Virus record (IMG/VR): IMGVR_UViG_3300032164_000001
Length of the DNA: 64,000 nt
Direction: 5' to 3' (one strand)
Source: a virus
Under the pieces are notes generated by a model that was given only the letters and a program-made list of their open reading frames with translations, did no database searches and was not told where the DNA came from. Position numbers and translations under genes: made by a program. Positions 19,975 to 28,577 of this stretch are shown here, in pieces (the stretch's first letter is position 1; every line of letters begins with the position of its first letter).

Positions 19975-20175
19975 GCCCCGATAGCCTAACGGTAAAGGCA
20001 ATTGTAACTTTCCGCTTGTGCACTCGGGTCAGCACATGAGCCGCATGAGCCCGTGCAGAGGCGTCGTATTTGCAACATGGCTGGGCACATGCTGTCGCCA
20101 GTTGCAGGCTGATCCAATGGCTACAAGCCTACAAGTCGAGACAATCGATTGGGGGTTCGAATCCCTCTCGGGGCG
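19975..20175 (+). ncRNA. RNA1: tRNA scaffold with a 135-nt structured insert replacing the anticodon loop
   Basis: GCCCCGA/TCGGGGC acceptor; GCCT-AACGGTAA-AGGC D arm; ATTGT(20001)/ACAAT(20141) stem; GGGGG-TTCGAAT-CCCTC T arm. Confidence 0.8.
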
Positions 20176-20214
20176 CCTAAAGGTATGATATAATCGCAGT
20201 ATTTCGTAAAATCT

Positions 20215-20350
20215 GGAGCGGTAGCCAAAATGGAAAAGGCACTGGTCAAAGGAACCAGCAAACAGAGCAGCTTCACTACTCGCATCGGATCTCCACCGAC
20301 GCAATGGGTGCAAGCCTACAAGTATGAAGGTTCGAATCCTTCCCGCTCCA
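20215..20350 (+). ncRNA. RNA2: tRNA scaffold with a ~67-nt structured variable region; loop CAAAGGA lacks U33
   Basis: GGAGCGG/CCGCTCC-A; GCC...GGC D arm; CTGGT/ACCAG; GAAGG-TTCGAAT-CCTTC. Confidence 0.8.
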
Positions 20351-20400
20351 CTTGGGTCTTCTCGGTTTCCTCGGTCAGGCCTTACTGGGAGGACCCATCA

Positions 20401-20548
20401 AAGTCTTGAGCAACGTGTAATAGGGAGAAGCAGACAAGTCAATAGCTCAACGGTAGAGCGCAAGACTAATAATCTTGATGTTATCGGTTCAAATCCGATG
20501 TGACGTAGCAAAAAACAGCTTTTCTCACTCGCGCGTTGCTCAAGACTT
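20401..20548 (+). ncRNA. RNA3: Y-RNA (YrlA)-like topology, a long terminal duplex enclosing a tRNA-like domain
   Basis: 20401-20431 pairs with 20518-20548 (18 bp + 4x4 loop + 9 bp). Inside: D arm TAGCTCAACGGTAGAGC, CAAGA-CTAATAA-TCTTG, ATCGG-TTCAAAT-CCGAT, and only a ~4-bp acceptor remnant. Confidence 0.8.
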
Positions 20549-20564
20549 CTTTCATAGGCTCTTG

Positions 20565-20607
20565 AAATGTCACTCGGTCCTTTGTTGGGCCAATAGCCAT
20601 TTGGAGG
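20565..20607 (+). promoter_or_regulatory. 5'-leader hairpin carrying the ACUC/AAUA internal loop, directly abutting the RBS of the vWA gene
   Basis: AAATG-TC-ACTC-GGTCC-TTTGTT-GGGCC-AATA-GC-CATTT-GGAGG; ATG at 20615. Confidence 0.7.
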
Positions 20608-20614
20608 CCGTTAG

Positions 20615-22495
20615 ATGCAATCCATCGAGGCGCTCGGTCCAGCCGAGCGCATCATCGAAGCAATCACCAAGTACACTGATCACTGTCAGCATAATCGTCC
20701 AGGAACCATCGTTCCTGACGCAAGACAGCTTGTTGGCGTGCGCTGGGAGCAGGCCATCTGGTGCAAGGAGGGAGAGGAGAAGGTCGTCTACCGTGTGACG
20801 AAGACCGGGAAGAAGCAGACAAAGGCACGCATCGGTGTACTGGAAGCTGACGGGATGGTGAAGGATGCTGGAGTGGAGGTTGCCCGATGGCGAGAGCCAG
20901 GGCTGTTCCCTGAGGTTGTGGTGCACCTGTACCGGCAAGTGGCAGAGGTCTGGAAGCTCGACAACGAGTTCGCTGCCAGGTGGGCCTCGTGGGCCTTCGA
21001 GCACGAAGAGAACAGGGACCTGAAGATCCTGCTGGCCGCGTTCCTGCTGGTGCAGAATCGCTTCGGGGAGAAAGTTCCAGACTCGACACTGGCTGACGAG
21101 GACTACCGAACTGTTGGTGAGGCCATGTGCCTGCTCCGTCGGAAGACGGGCACCTTCAATCCGAAGATGCTCCTGCGTATCGGCGAGGTGCTGGAGCTGC
21201 CAGGTGTGATTGCAGTCAACCGTGAGCTCGGATTTGGACAGACAGGACGAAGGGCGGTGACCGGCCGGTACCGTGGCACGGTGGAGAAGTGGCTCCGATA
21301 CTACGAGAGCAACCCGGCCGTGCTCGAGATGTTGGTCAAGGCGGGCTTCCGTCGGTCCATCATGCAACTGTGTCGTGTCGTTGGCTACAAGCCAGAGACC
21401 GATGCATTCTTTGCCAAGCTGCGCTGGAAGCAGATTCAGGCGAAGGATGGCCGGCGAGGCATGGCGATCGGAAGTACGCTGACGGCGGCGGAGTCGTGGA
21501 AGGAACTTGATGAAGCGGAGATCTGCAAGCGCATCGTTTCTTCCGGTCTTGGCTGGAAGCGCATCGTGGGCATGCTGCCCTTCGGCGTTACTCCAGCCAT
21601 CATGGCCGCCGCAATCGAGGGGGAGACCCTGAGCGACGCGGACCTCGTCATTCTCACACCAACACTGGAGGAGCTCGGCCTGCTCTCCGTACCGGAGATA
21701 ACGGCACGCTGGAAGAGCGCAACGGAGCGAGCGGAGAACCAACGGGCGGCCCACATTGCACGTAACGTAAAGTCGGAGGCGGTGAAGGAACAGCTGCAGG
21801 TTGCAGTCGAGAAGGCTGTACAGAAGGCCGTCGAAGAGGTGACTCGTGACCTGCGAGTGTATGTTATTGTTGATAAATCCGGTTCGATGCGAGGAGCGAT
21901 CGAGCTGGCGAAGGAGTACCTGGCGAAGATGGTGGTGGCTTTCCCCCTGGACCGGCTGCACGTCTGTGTCTTCAACACCGTCGGGGTGGAAGTACAGATT
22001 CGTGTTCCAACAGCGGCTGGAGTATCTCAGGCATTCCGTGGGCACACGGCCGGCGGAGGTACGAGTTACGCTGCAGGGGCGTGGTGCCTCTTGCGGGACC
22101 ACAAGCCAAGGGAAGGCGAGGATGCACTGTTGATCTTCGTCGGAGACCAGGAGGACAACGGGGTCGAGCAGCTCGTGCAAGTGGTGAAGGGGTCAGGTGT
22201 AGCACCAGTGGCCTTCGGCATGCTACACGTGGCAAGTGCACCGGGAATGCAGCATGGAGGCTGGTACGGCTCGCCGGATGTTGTGGAACGTGCGGCGCAG
22301 GCCCTTGCCATCCCCTGTTTCAAGATAGCGGAGGAGATCTTCTCCGACGCGTACGCAGTGCCACGGACACTACGCAACCTGATTGCATCCACTCCGGTCA
22401 CGCATCCGACAATGCGCAAGACGGCGCCAAAGCGCAAGTCGCTCATCGAACAAATCTTGTCGACGCCACTTCTACAGCGTCCAGTATGGGCGTAG
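20615..22495 (+). CDS. vWA-domain protein with a large helical, basic N-terminal region (TROVE/Ro60-like architecture)
   Basis: MIDAS VIVDKSGSM, GGGTS, IFVGD in the C-terminal ~220 aa. The N-terminal ~400 aa look helical and Arg/Lys/Trp-rich. The Ro-like call is inferred from architecture and RNA neighbours. Confidence 0.7.
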   Translation: MQSIEALGPAERIIEAITKYTDHCQHNRPGTIVPDARQLVGVRWEQAIWCKEGEEKVVYRVTKTGKKQTKARIGVLEADGMVKDAGVEVARWREPGLFPEVVVHLYRQVAEVWKLDNEFAARWASWAFEHEENRDLKILLAAFLLVQNRFGEKVPDSTLADEDYRTVGEAMCLLRRKTGTFNPKMLLRIGEVLELPGVIAVNRELGFGQTGRRAVTGRYRGTVEKWLRYYESNPAVLEMLVKAGFRRSIMQLCRVVGYKPETDAFFAKLRWKQIQAKDGRRGMAIGSTLTAAESWKELDEAEICKRIVSSGLGWKRIVGMLPFGVTPAIMAAAIEGETLSDADLVILTPTLEELGLLSVPEITARWKSATERAENQRAAHIARNVKSEAVKEQLQVAVEKAVQKAVEEVTRDLRVYVIVDKSGSMRGAIELAKEYLAKMVVAFPLDRLHVCVFNTVGVEVQIRVPTAAGVSQAFRGHTAGGGTSYAAGAWCLLRDHKPREGEDALLIFVGDQEDNGVEQLVQVVKGSGVAPVAFGMLHVASAPGMQHGGWYGSPDVVERAAQALAIPCFKIAEEIFSDAYAVPRTLRNLIASTPVTHPTMRKTAPKRKSLIEQILSTPLLQRPVWA

Positions 22496-22498
22496 CAA

Positions 22499-23068
22499 AT
22501 GATTTACAGTCTTATCTTCACACATTGGAGCTATCTCAAATATGTGCTATGGCACAAATACTACGTAGGAGTTGAGTGCTTCAAAGAAGGACTGTGGTGG
22601 CGGGGGTTGAAGCATGACTGGCACAAGTTTCTCCCTTCAGAGTTTCTGCCCTACTCGAACTTCTTCTACGGTCCCAATGGAAAGAACAACACAATCCGGG
22701 ACAAGACTGGTTATTACAAACCTACCGATACAGGCAACAAAGCGTTTGATCGTGCTTGGTTCTGCCATCAGAAAAGAGCGGACCACCATTGGCAGTGGTG
22801 GGTCATGCCCGAAGATACCCAAGGTGTTAAGATTCTTCCCATGAGCGCACCAGCCATTGTGGAAATGATGAGTGATTGGTGCGGGGCTAGCAGAGCCCAG
22901 GGTCACGGTGGTTGGACTAGCCCCTCAGGAGTTTTTGCTTGGTATGCTACCAATGGACACAAGATGCAACTGCATCCGCAGACACGAGCTGTGATAGAAA
23001 TGGCGCTGCGCACAAAAGGAGCTGATAGTTCCAACACCAGATGGGGGTCGGAGAAGAAGCAGGATTGA
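22499..23068 (+). CDS. HD-like (DUF5662-type) protein
   Basis: HKYYV...HDWHKF...AWFCHQKR.DHHWQWW...EMMSDW.GA. Confidence 0.7.
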   Translation: MIYSLIFTHWSYLKYVLWHKYYVGVECFKEGLWWRGLKHDWHKFLPSEFLPYSNFFYGPNGKNNTIRDKTGYYKPTDTGNKAFDRAWFCHQKRADHHWQWWVMPEDTQGVKILPMSAPAIVEMMSDWCGASRAQGHGGWTSPSGVFAWYATNGHKMQLHPQTRAVIEMALRTKGADSSNTRWGSEKKQD

Positions 23069-23301
23069 ATTGACCAATATGCCTACTACAGAAGCCTATC
23101 GACAGGGTTGGGAGAGGATTTTTGGTCCTGATCCCTGCCCATGGTGTGGCAACTGTGATGACGCTGATGATGAACCCTTGAGCCAGCACAAGTTGATGAC
23201 ACCAGCAGAGGAACTAACTTGTTCTCACTGTGGTCGTTGCATGAAAGAGAGTTGCGAACAACTTGTACAACGTCCTGTTTGGACTTAAGAAAGGCTAAAT
23301 C

Positions 23302-23712
23302 ATGACACGCCCATTCGTACAGAGCATGGACATGAAGATCGAGGCCAGCAAGAAAGAATTGTTGGTCATCTTGAAGAACAATCGGGAGACTCACAAGAAG
23401 ATTCTCTCTGAGGCCAGAGAAGGCTACATCAAGGCCGCAAGGGCTGCAATCGAGCACAAGCTGGACGAGCTCAGAACTGGCGAGTGTGTGCGTCTCACCT
23501 TTCACTTGAGCCCGCCACAGGACTACACTGCAACCTACGACACGGTCATCAAGATGGCTGAGCTGCACCAGGCCGACACCATCACGCTGAGCGCCAATGA
23601 GGTTAGATGCCTCATGATGGACGAGTGGGATTGGATGGATCAATTCCTGGTGATGAACAAAGCGTACTCGGGTCTCGCCAATGCGTATGCAGACGCCAAG
23701 GGCATCGTATGA
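23302..23712 (+). CDS. Conserved helical phage protein
   Basis: L..L..NRETH...EA.EGY...P.DY...YD.VI.M...MDEWDW. Confidence 0.6.
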   Translation: MTRPFVQSMDMKIEASKKELLVILKNNRETHKKILSEAREGYIKAARAAIEHKLDELRTGECVRLTFHLSPPQDYTATYDTVIKMAELHQADTITLSANEVRCLMMDEWDWMDQFLVMNKAYSGLANAYADAKGIV

Positions 23713-24424
23713 GCACTATGCATCAGAGCGTGCAACATGCCTATCGGGTGATAAGACTGTTGACAAATACAGCGGTGCGCGAAGGGCGCATCCATCCGAA
23801 AGATGCCGATAGTTTCTTCGCCAGCGAATTGAAGGATTGGCTTGTTGGCTCACATCTCCCTATTCCAGGATGGCTGGGCGGCATTGGCGGACCAGTGGCA
23901 GAGAAGATCAAGACAGAAGGTATACGGGTTGCGGCGGGAGTGATCGGAAAGAGAGGACTGTCTGGTGGACAGATTGCCTTCATCGTGATCGGCGCGGTGG
24001 TACTCGTGTCAGCCATAGCCATAGCCTGGCATTGGTGGAAAAATGACCATGCAGGCATCGTATCCGCAACAGAGAGAGCAAGAGTGTGAACAGGAAGAAG
24101 AAAGTAATCAAGCGGCTCAAGGTGATACGACCGAAAGCAGCAAGACGGACAAAGGTCGATGAGACATCTGTCGACGAGACGCCCATGGAAAAGGGGCATT
24201 TCTTGCGCTGGTTGGAACAAGAGCAAGACGCCGGGCGCATTGGCAGGTGCGGCTGTCCCGAGAAGTTCAAGGGCATCGATTGCCCCGCATGTCATGGAAC
24301 TGGCATTGCCAGAATCCATGAGGCCTGGCCGTTGATCGTCGAGTACGTGACGACAATGACCCGGCCCGTGACAATCTCGGACGTCATGTTGCAAATCATG
24401 TGAGTAAAGGCAACGGGAGCTGCA

Positions 24425-26095
24425 ATGACGATTCACGAAAAGGTGCTACGCTTCGAACTATTGGCCTCGAGTTCTACTGAACTGAATTGGCTCGACGCCG
24501 CCTTCGTTCGCGCCGCCCTGGAAGTCAGAGCAGGTGCCTGCGACGATGATGAAGATCTGACTCTGCGACTGATTGAGACTCCGGTGGCTCAGCCCGTCTT
24601 CAAAGCCGTCGCTCATCCAGGTGTGACGCTGCGGGGCCTGATGCGAGATACAACACCCCACGACTTTGCGGCAATGATCTCCAACACGGGTTACCGCCTG
24701 TCCAAGGGATACATCGAGAGCATTCTTGCTGGAAGTAGTGACATCACCCCCTTGGCCGCCGAATGCATCGCGGAGGTCTTTGGCCCCTCCAAGGAATACT
24801 GGCTGCAACAGCAGGCGGACTACAATGCCTGGCGGCTGCACCACGACGCAGAATCCGTAGAAGCCCGAAGGTTCGATGCAGACATGGATCAGAACAAAGA
24901 AATCTGTGCGAATGCCGAACCAGCCAGTCCGAACCAGCAGTGTGACGCCAACCAGCCGATCTGGAGAGTAGTAGCAGAGGCCTTGTGGGGCATCCTTGAC
25001 GACATCAGCACGGCCGGCGACATCGCAAAGGGGGACGATGCGATGTACCGCGCGATGGTCGAGGACCTGCAGGCCAAGAAGAGTAACTACCTGGTCTCCT
25101 ACGACGGGCAGACGCTCGTTCGCACTGGCGGTGAACCGCCCCCGAATCCGCCCGTGGAAATGAGTACGCCAAGCAAGCCGAATGTCCTTCATCCGGGTGA
25201 GACACTGAAGATGATACTGAGGGAACGCAACCTCTCCATCGACGACTTGATCTCTTTCATCCGCAAGCTCTATCCGACCTGCGTCGACTTCGGTCCTGAT
25301 CGCATCGCTCTCCTTCTCCAGGGCGAGGCAGACATCTCCATCGACATTGCCTCGATGTTGCAAGGGGCTCTCGGTCCTACGCCATCGGCCTCATTGTGGC
25401 TGCAATGGCAAGCAGACTATAGCGCCCGTGCAGAGGCAGTGTATCTACAACAAGGAACGCCCGTGCAGAGGCGTCCAGTCGCGTCTTTGACGGAACAGCT
25501 GCAGGGTCGAGTCGCATGGCTCGAGCGTCAGATGGACACATGGGCAGAGCGCATCCGCAACCTCGAGAAGACGCTGGACGCCTGGCAAGAGACATCCTAC
25601 ACAGATCCCTGCAAGGAGTGCCAGGATTGCGGTTGCCTCTTTCTCCCCAGTGGAAACGAGAGAGATGCCACATTCAAGTGCCGACGCTGTACATCTCGGG
25701 TTGATCCTGCCGCACCGCCCAAGTGGGCGATCATGTCGGAGCGAGACGAGGCGCCTGACAAGGCACCTGAGCCGAATGCCCCTTCGCCGTGGGCACAAAT
25801 CCCCGATGCTCTGCTGGAGACACTGGCCGAGTACGCGCACACGGCCTGGTCGGGCTGGATGCAATACATACTCCAGCAGTGCCTCGGCGGTGAGGTGGCC
25901 GTGATAGATATGCGCCAGCCCAGTCCTGGCATCCCATTGTCGGGTGTGGCGGTCATTCCCTCCGAATTGGTTGAACGATGGAGCAGGCAGATGCACACGA
26001 CCTACGCCGATCTGCCGGAGGAGGAGAAGAAGAGCGACAGACTGGAGGCGCGGCGGATACTCGTCGGTCTTCGCACAGCGAAGGCGGTACCGTGA
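24425..26095 (+). CDS. Mosaic protein with two HigA-like HTH domains, a Zn ribbon and a C-terminal YADLPEEEK helical domain
   Basis: HPGVTL...ITP..A...FGPSKEYWLQQQADY; HPGETL...IS.DIA...SLWLQWQADY; CQDC...CRRC. Confidence 0.7.
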   Translation: MTIHEKVLRFELLASSSTELNWLDAAFVRAALEVRAGACDDDEDLTLRLIETPVAQPVFKAVAHPGVTLRGLMRDTTPHDFAAMISNTGYRLSKGYIESILAGSSDITPLAAECIAEVFGPSKEYWLQQQADYNAWRLHHDAESVEARRFDADMDQNKEICANAEPASPNQQCDANQPIWRVVAEALWGILDDISTAGDIAKGDDAMYRAMVEDLQAKKSNYLVSYDGQTLVRTGGEPPPNPPVEMSTPSKPNVLHPGETLKMILRERNLSIDDLISFIRKLYPTCVDFGPDRIALLLQGEADISIDIASMLQGALGPTPSASLWLQWQADYSARAEAVYLQQGTPVQRRPVASLTEQLQGRVAWLERQMDTWAERIRNLEKTLDAWQETSYTDPCKECQDCGCLFLPSGNERDATFKCRRCTSRVDPAAPPKWAIMSERDEAPDKAPEPNAPSPWAQIPDALLETLAEYAHTAWSGWMQYILQQCLGGEVAVIDMRQPSPGIPLSGVAVIPSELVERWSRQMHTTYADLPEEEKKSDRLEARRILVGLRTAKAVP

Positions 26096-26781
26096 GCAAC
26101 AAGTGCGACGAAGACATCTACGAGAACGGCCGAACGGTGCTGGTTATCGGCGATGAGTTCTCCGTGAACACGATCGAGGCCTTCGTGCAGAAAATCGCAC
26201 GTCGGTCGGGTCAGAAGGTCGACTGGCACTTCATCGCCGGCCGGGCCGCCCTCAGAGCCAAGGCCAACACGCAGGGCCTGCACAAGGTGGATGAGGCCAT
26301 CTACGGCTGTCCCGACGAGGTGGCCGCCTGGTGGAAAGCAGAGCTCGAGAAGAGTGGACGCGTCGCATACAAGGACTGCATCATGCGTTGCACGGGTGGG
26401 CTCTTGCTAGAACTCATGACCACCAAGAAGCCCAGTGAGGCGACCGGCACGGTCGACTACTGCAGTCCGCTCTATGGTTACCATCCGGGTGGTGACAACC
26501 ACTGGGCACGCGACGAACTGGGACTGGAAGCGTTCAACATGGCGAATAAGGTTGTCGTGGGCGCTTTGCGCCAGCACGTCCCAGTCGCCATCAGCTGGGT
26601 CTGCCCTGGATGCCAGACGCGAAACAAGTGCGACTACTCCGATGAGCACTACTTCGCAGACCCAAAGATCAATGCAGTCTTCGCGATCAACTTATGCTGT
26701 CCAGAGTGCAGCAAGGAAGTGGAGATCTTCGTGAAGCTACACTTGACACTCAGCCTCCATGCGAGATTGGAGAATGGCTAG
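26092..26781 (+). CDS. Hypothetical protein with a C-terminal Zn ribbon
   Basis: GQKVDWHFIAGRA motif; CPGC...CPEC. Confidence 0.55.
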   Translation: MSNKCDEDIYENGRTVLVIGDEFSVNTIEAFVQKIARRSGQKVDWHFIAGRAALRAKANTQGLHKVDEAIYGCPDEVAAWWKAELEKSGRVAYKDCIMRCTGGLLLELMTTKKPSEATGTVDYCSPLYGYHPGGDNHWARDELGLEAFNMANKVVVGALRQHVPVAISWVCPGCQTRNKCDYSDEHYFADPKINAVFAINLCCPECSKEVEIFVKLHLTLSLHARLENG

Positions 26782-27729
26782 ATGGTCTGGGAGAACCTGC
26801 TTCAGCACGCGGCGTCAGGCTACTTCGCATTCCCCTGGCTCGGCGGGCGAAAGATACACGGCAATGGGCGCACCTGGCGTGTCGTCAACAAGTTGCCTCC
26901 GGAGTTCGGATGGTGTCTGTTCGAGCTCAAGGGGGGTCGAACGGCGAAGTACTGCGAACAGGCAGAGCCATTGGCGAACTGGGAAAACGAGCATCACACA
27001 ACCCGTGGGTACATTGTCGGGGATAGGTTCATCCCGGAGAGGGCTCGAGTAGATCCCGATCCAGAGAGACTGGCAGAACAGACAATCGCAGTGTATCTGG
27101 TGGAGCGAGGACTGGATCGCTTCGCACCGTGCTTGGTGGCTTTCGAAGAGGAGAATAGAGCAATCTTCGTTCGTCAGCTATTCGACTCCGTAGTCGAGGA
27201 AAAGGCGCGTGAGGCCTTCATCGATCGAAGGGTTGACATTGCCTCCATCCGCGATGTTCCACCTGCTCTGGACTTGGCTTTTCGCTTCGCGAGTCGACAG
27301 AGGGAACTCGTGGAGCGACGTAGATTAGAGCTCGAGAAGCAACGACTGGAAGAAGAACGTCGAGAGGCTGCACTGAAGAGCATCGGCACGGGGCTCGGAC
27401 GACGGCAGCTGGCGACGACAGATTTTGCTGCAGCGGCTCGAGCTGCTCTGGCCGTGTCCGGGGCAGAGTTTCTGGATGCGCGCGAGGCTCACGGGCGAAA
27501 TGAGATGATCGTGCAGTACCGTTTCATGAATCGTCGCTTCGAGTGCGTTGTAGATCGACTGACACTGAGATTGACGGACAGCGGTGTATGCCTACAGGAC
27601 CATCGTGGAGTGAAAGGGGACACCAGGTTCACACTGGAGTCAATCCCAGGAGTGATCTCCGAGGCGATTCGAGAGAACAAACTGCACATCTACCGCCATG
27701 TCGACGACGAGGAAGAAGATTACTGGTAG
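26782..27729 (+). CDS. Hypothetical protein; C-terminal domain is a candidate divergent E2-like conjugase
   Basis: TDSGVCL (Cys codon 27589-27591) resembles the E2 D-x-G-x-(I/V)-C-L catalytic motif; first gene of the JAB-Ubl-E1 cluster. Confidence 0.45.
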   Translation: MVWENLLQHAASGYFAFPWLGGRKIHGNGRTWRVVNKLPPEFGWCLFELKGGRTAKYCEQAEPLANWENEHHTTRGYIVGDRFIPERARVDPDPERLAEQTIAVYLVERGLDRFAPCLVAFEEENRAIFVRQLFDSVVEEKAREAFIDRRVDIASIRDVPPALDLAFRFASRQRELVERRRLELEKQRLEEERREAALKSIGTGLGRRQLATTDFAAAARAALAVSGAEFLDAREAHGRNEMIVQYRFMNRRFECVVDRLTLRLTDSGVCLQDHRGVKGDTRFTLESIPGVISEAIRENKLHIYRHVDDEEEDYW

Positions 27730-27858
27730 AAATCAAGAGTGCGCACAACAACGAGATTGATTGCTGATGTCACGAGAACACAAAGTGTCGGGCTGTGACG
27801 ATTGTCCAGCTCTTTGGCCCGTGCAGAGGCATCGTATTTGCAACTGGAAGGCAAGAAG

Positions 27859-28260
27859 ATGGTAGAAGTGGCTCTGGTGTTCAACAGGCATGGGGTCGGT
27901 CTACAATGGCACAGGCCGAATGGGAAATGCTCGCATGGTGGCATTGGAGATGATCGCGGTCTGTGGGAATTCTTGTGGGCAAACCGGAAAGAAGTTGGTG
28001 GTGTGGCGCACACACATCCATGGGATGGACCGGCTGGACCATCAGGAACGGATGTAACGACATTCTCGGCGATAGAGAGAGGCTTAGGGGTCAAACTGGT
28101 GTGGCCAATCGTGACATTGACGGAGATCGGCTACTTCGAATGGGTTGGTCCGGACAAGCACGATTATGGCGATATGCGACTGCGCAGGTTCCGTTTGGAT
28201 CCAGCGGACATCGCAGAACTGCGAGAGCTTTCATTGAAAGGAGATAACGGAAATGGCTGA
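27859..28260 (+). CDS. JAB/MPN+ metallo-isopeptidase
   Basis: N-terminal Glu (VEVALV) and JAMM motif AHTHP...GPSGTD. Confidence 0.85.
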   Translation: MVEVALVFNRHGVGLQWHRPNGKCSHGGIGDDRGLWEFLWANRKEVGGVAHTHPWDGPAGPSGTDVTTFSAIERGLGVKLVWPIVTLTEIGYFEWVGPDKHDYGDMRLRRFRLDPADIAELRELSLKGDNGNG

Positions 28261-28561
28261 TATGGTTGTTTACGATGTGCCAATGGCCAGACTCAATATC
28301 ACATGGTCCGGGCAGAACGGAGACAATCCGGACTTGGTCCCGTGGGATTCATCGGATGCAGACATCCGGCGCATCGCAACGGAGGCCGTGTGCACTGGGT
28401 ACGTCGCTGGCATCCCGGCTGATCCGAATGTGGACTTCACAGACTTCGTCGTCGACCGCTTCCCGGCGACGGACGAACTGCCGTATAGATGCTTCGTCAG
28501 ATCGAAAACCCCCTTTGGAGGTTTTACGCGCTTGACTAGAATCGTTGCGCTAGTGCGCTAG
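28253..28561 (+). CDS. Ubiquitin-like (beta-grasp) protein precursor
   Basis: 102 aa; KTPFGG (GG at 28517-28522) followed by a 12-aa tail; lies between JAB and E1. Confidence 0.65.
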   Translation: MADMVVYDVPMARLNITWSGQNGDNPDLVPWDSSDADIRRIATEAVCTGYVAGIPADPNVDFTDFVVDRFPATDELPYRCFVRSKTPFGGFTRLTRIVALVR

Positions 28562-28577
28562 AAAAGGAGTTTTTGCC

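Noticed and set aside
20006-20140. Group I intron in a tRNA
   Set aside because: Only 135 nt, with no recognisable catalytic core. The insert instead carries the module shared with neighbouring RNAs.
19975-20350. tmRNA or tRNA-Sec
   Set aside because: No G3-U70 Ala acceptor or tag ORF, full D stems are present, and there is no UCA anticodon.
20215-20504. Functional tRNA-Leu(AAG) and tRNA-Ile(AAT)
   Set aside because: RNA2 lacks U33 and has a ~67-nt variable region; RNA3 has only a ~4-bp acceptor stem.
20570-22180. 536-aa ORF on the - strand
   Set aside because: Antisense shadow of the vWA gene, with no motifs.
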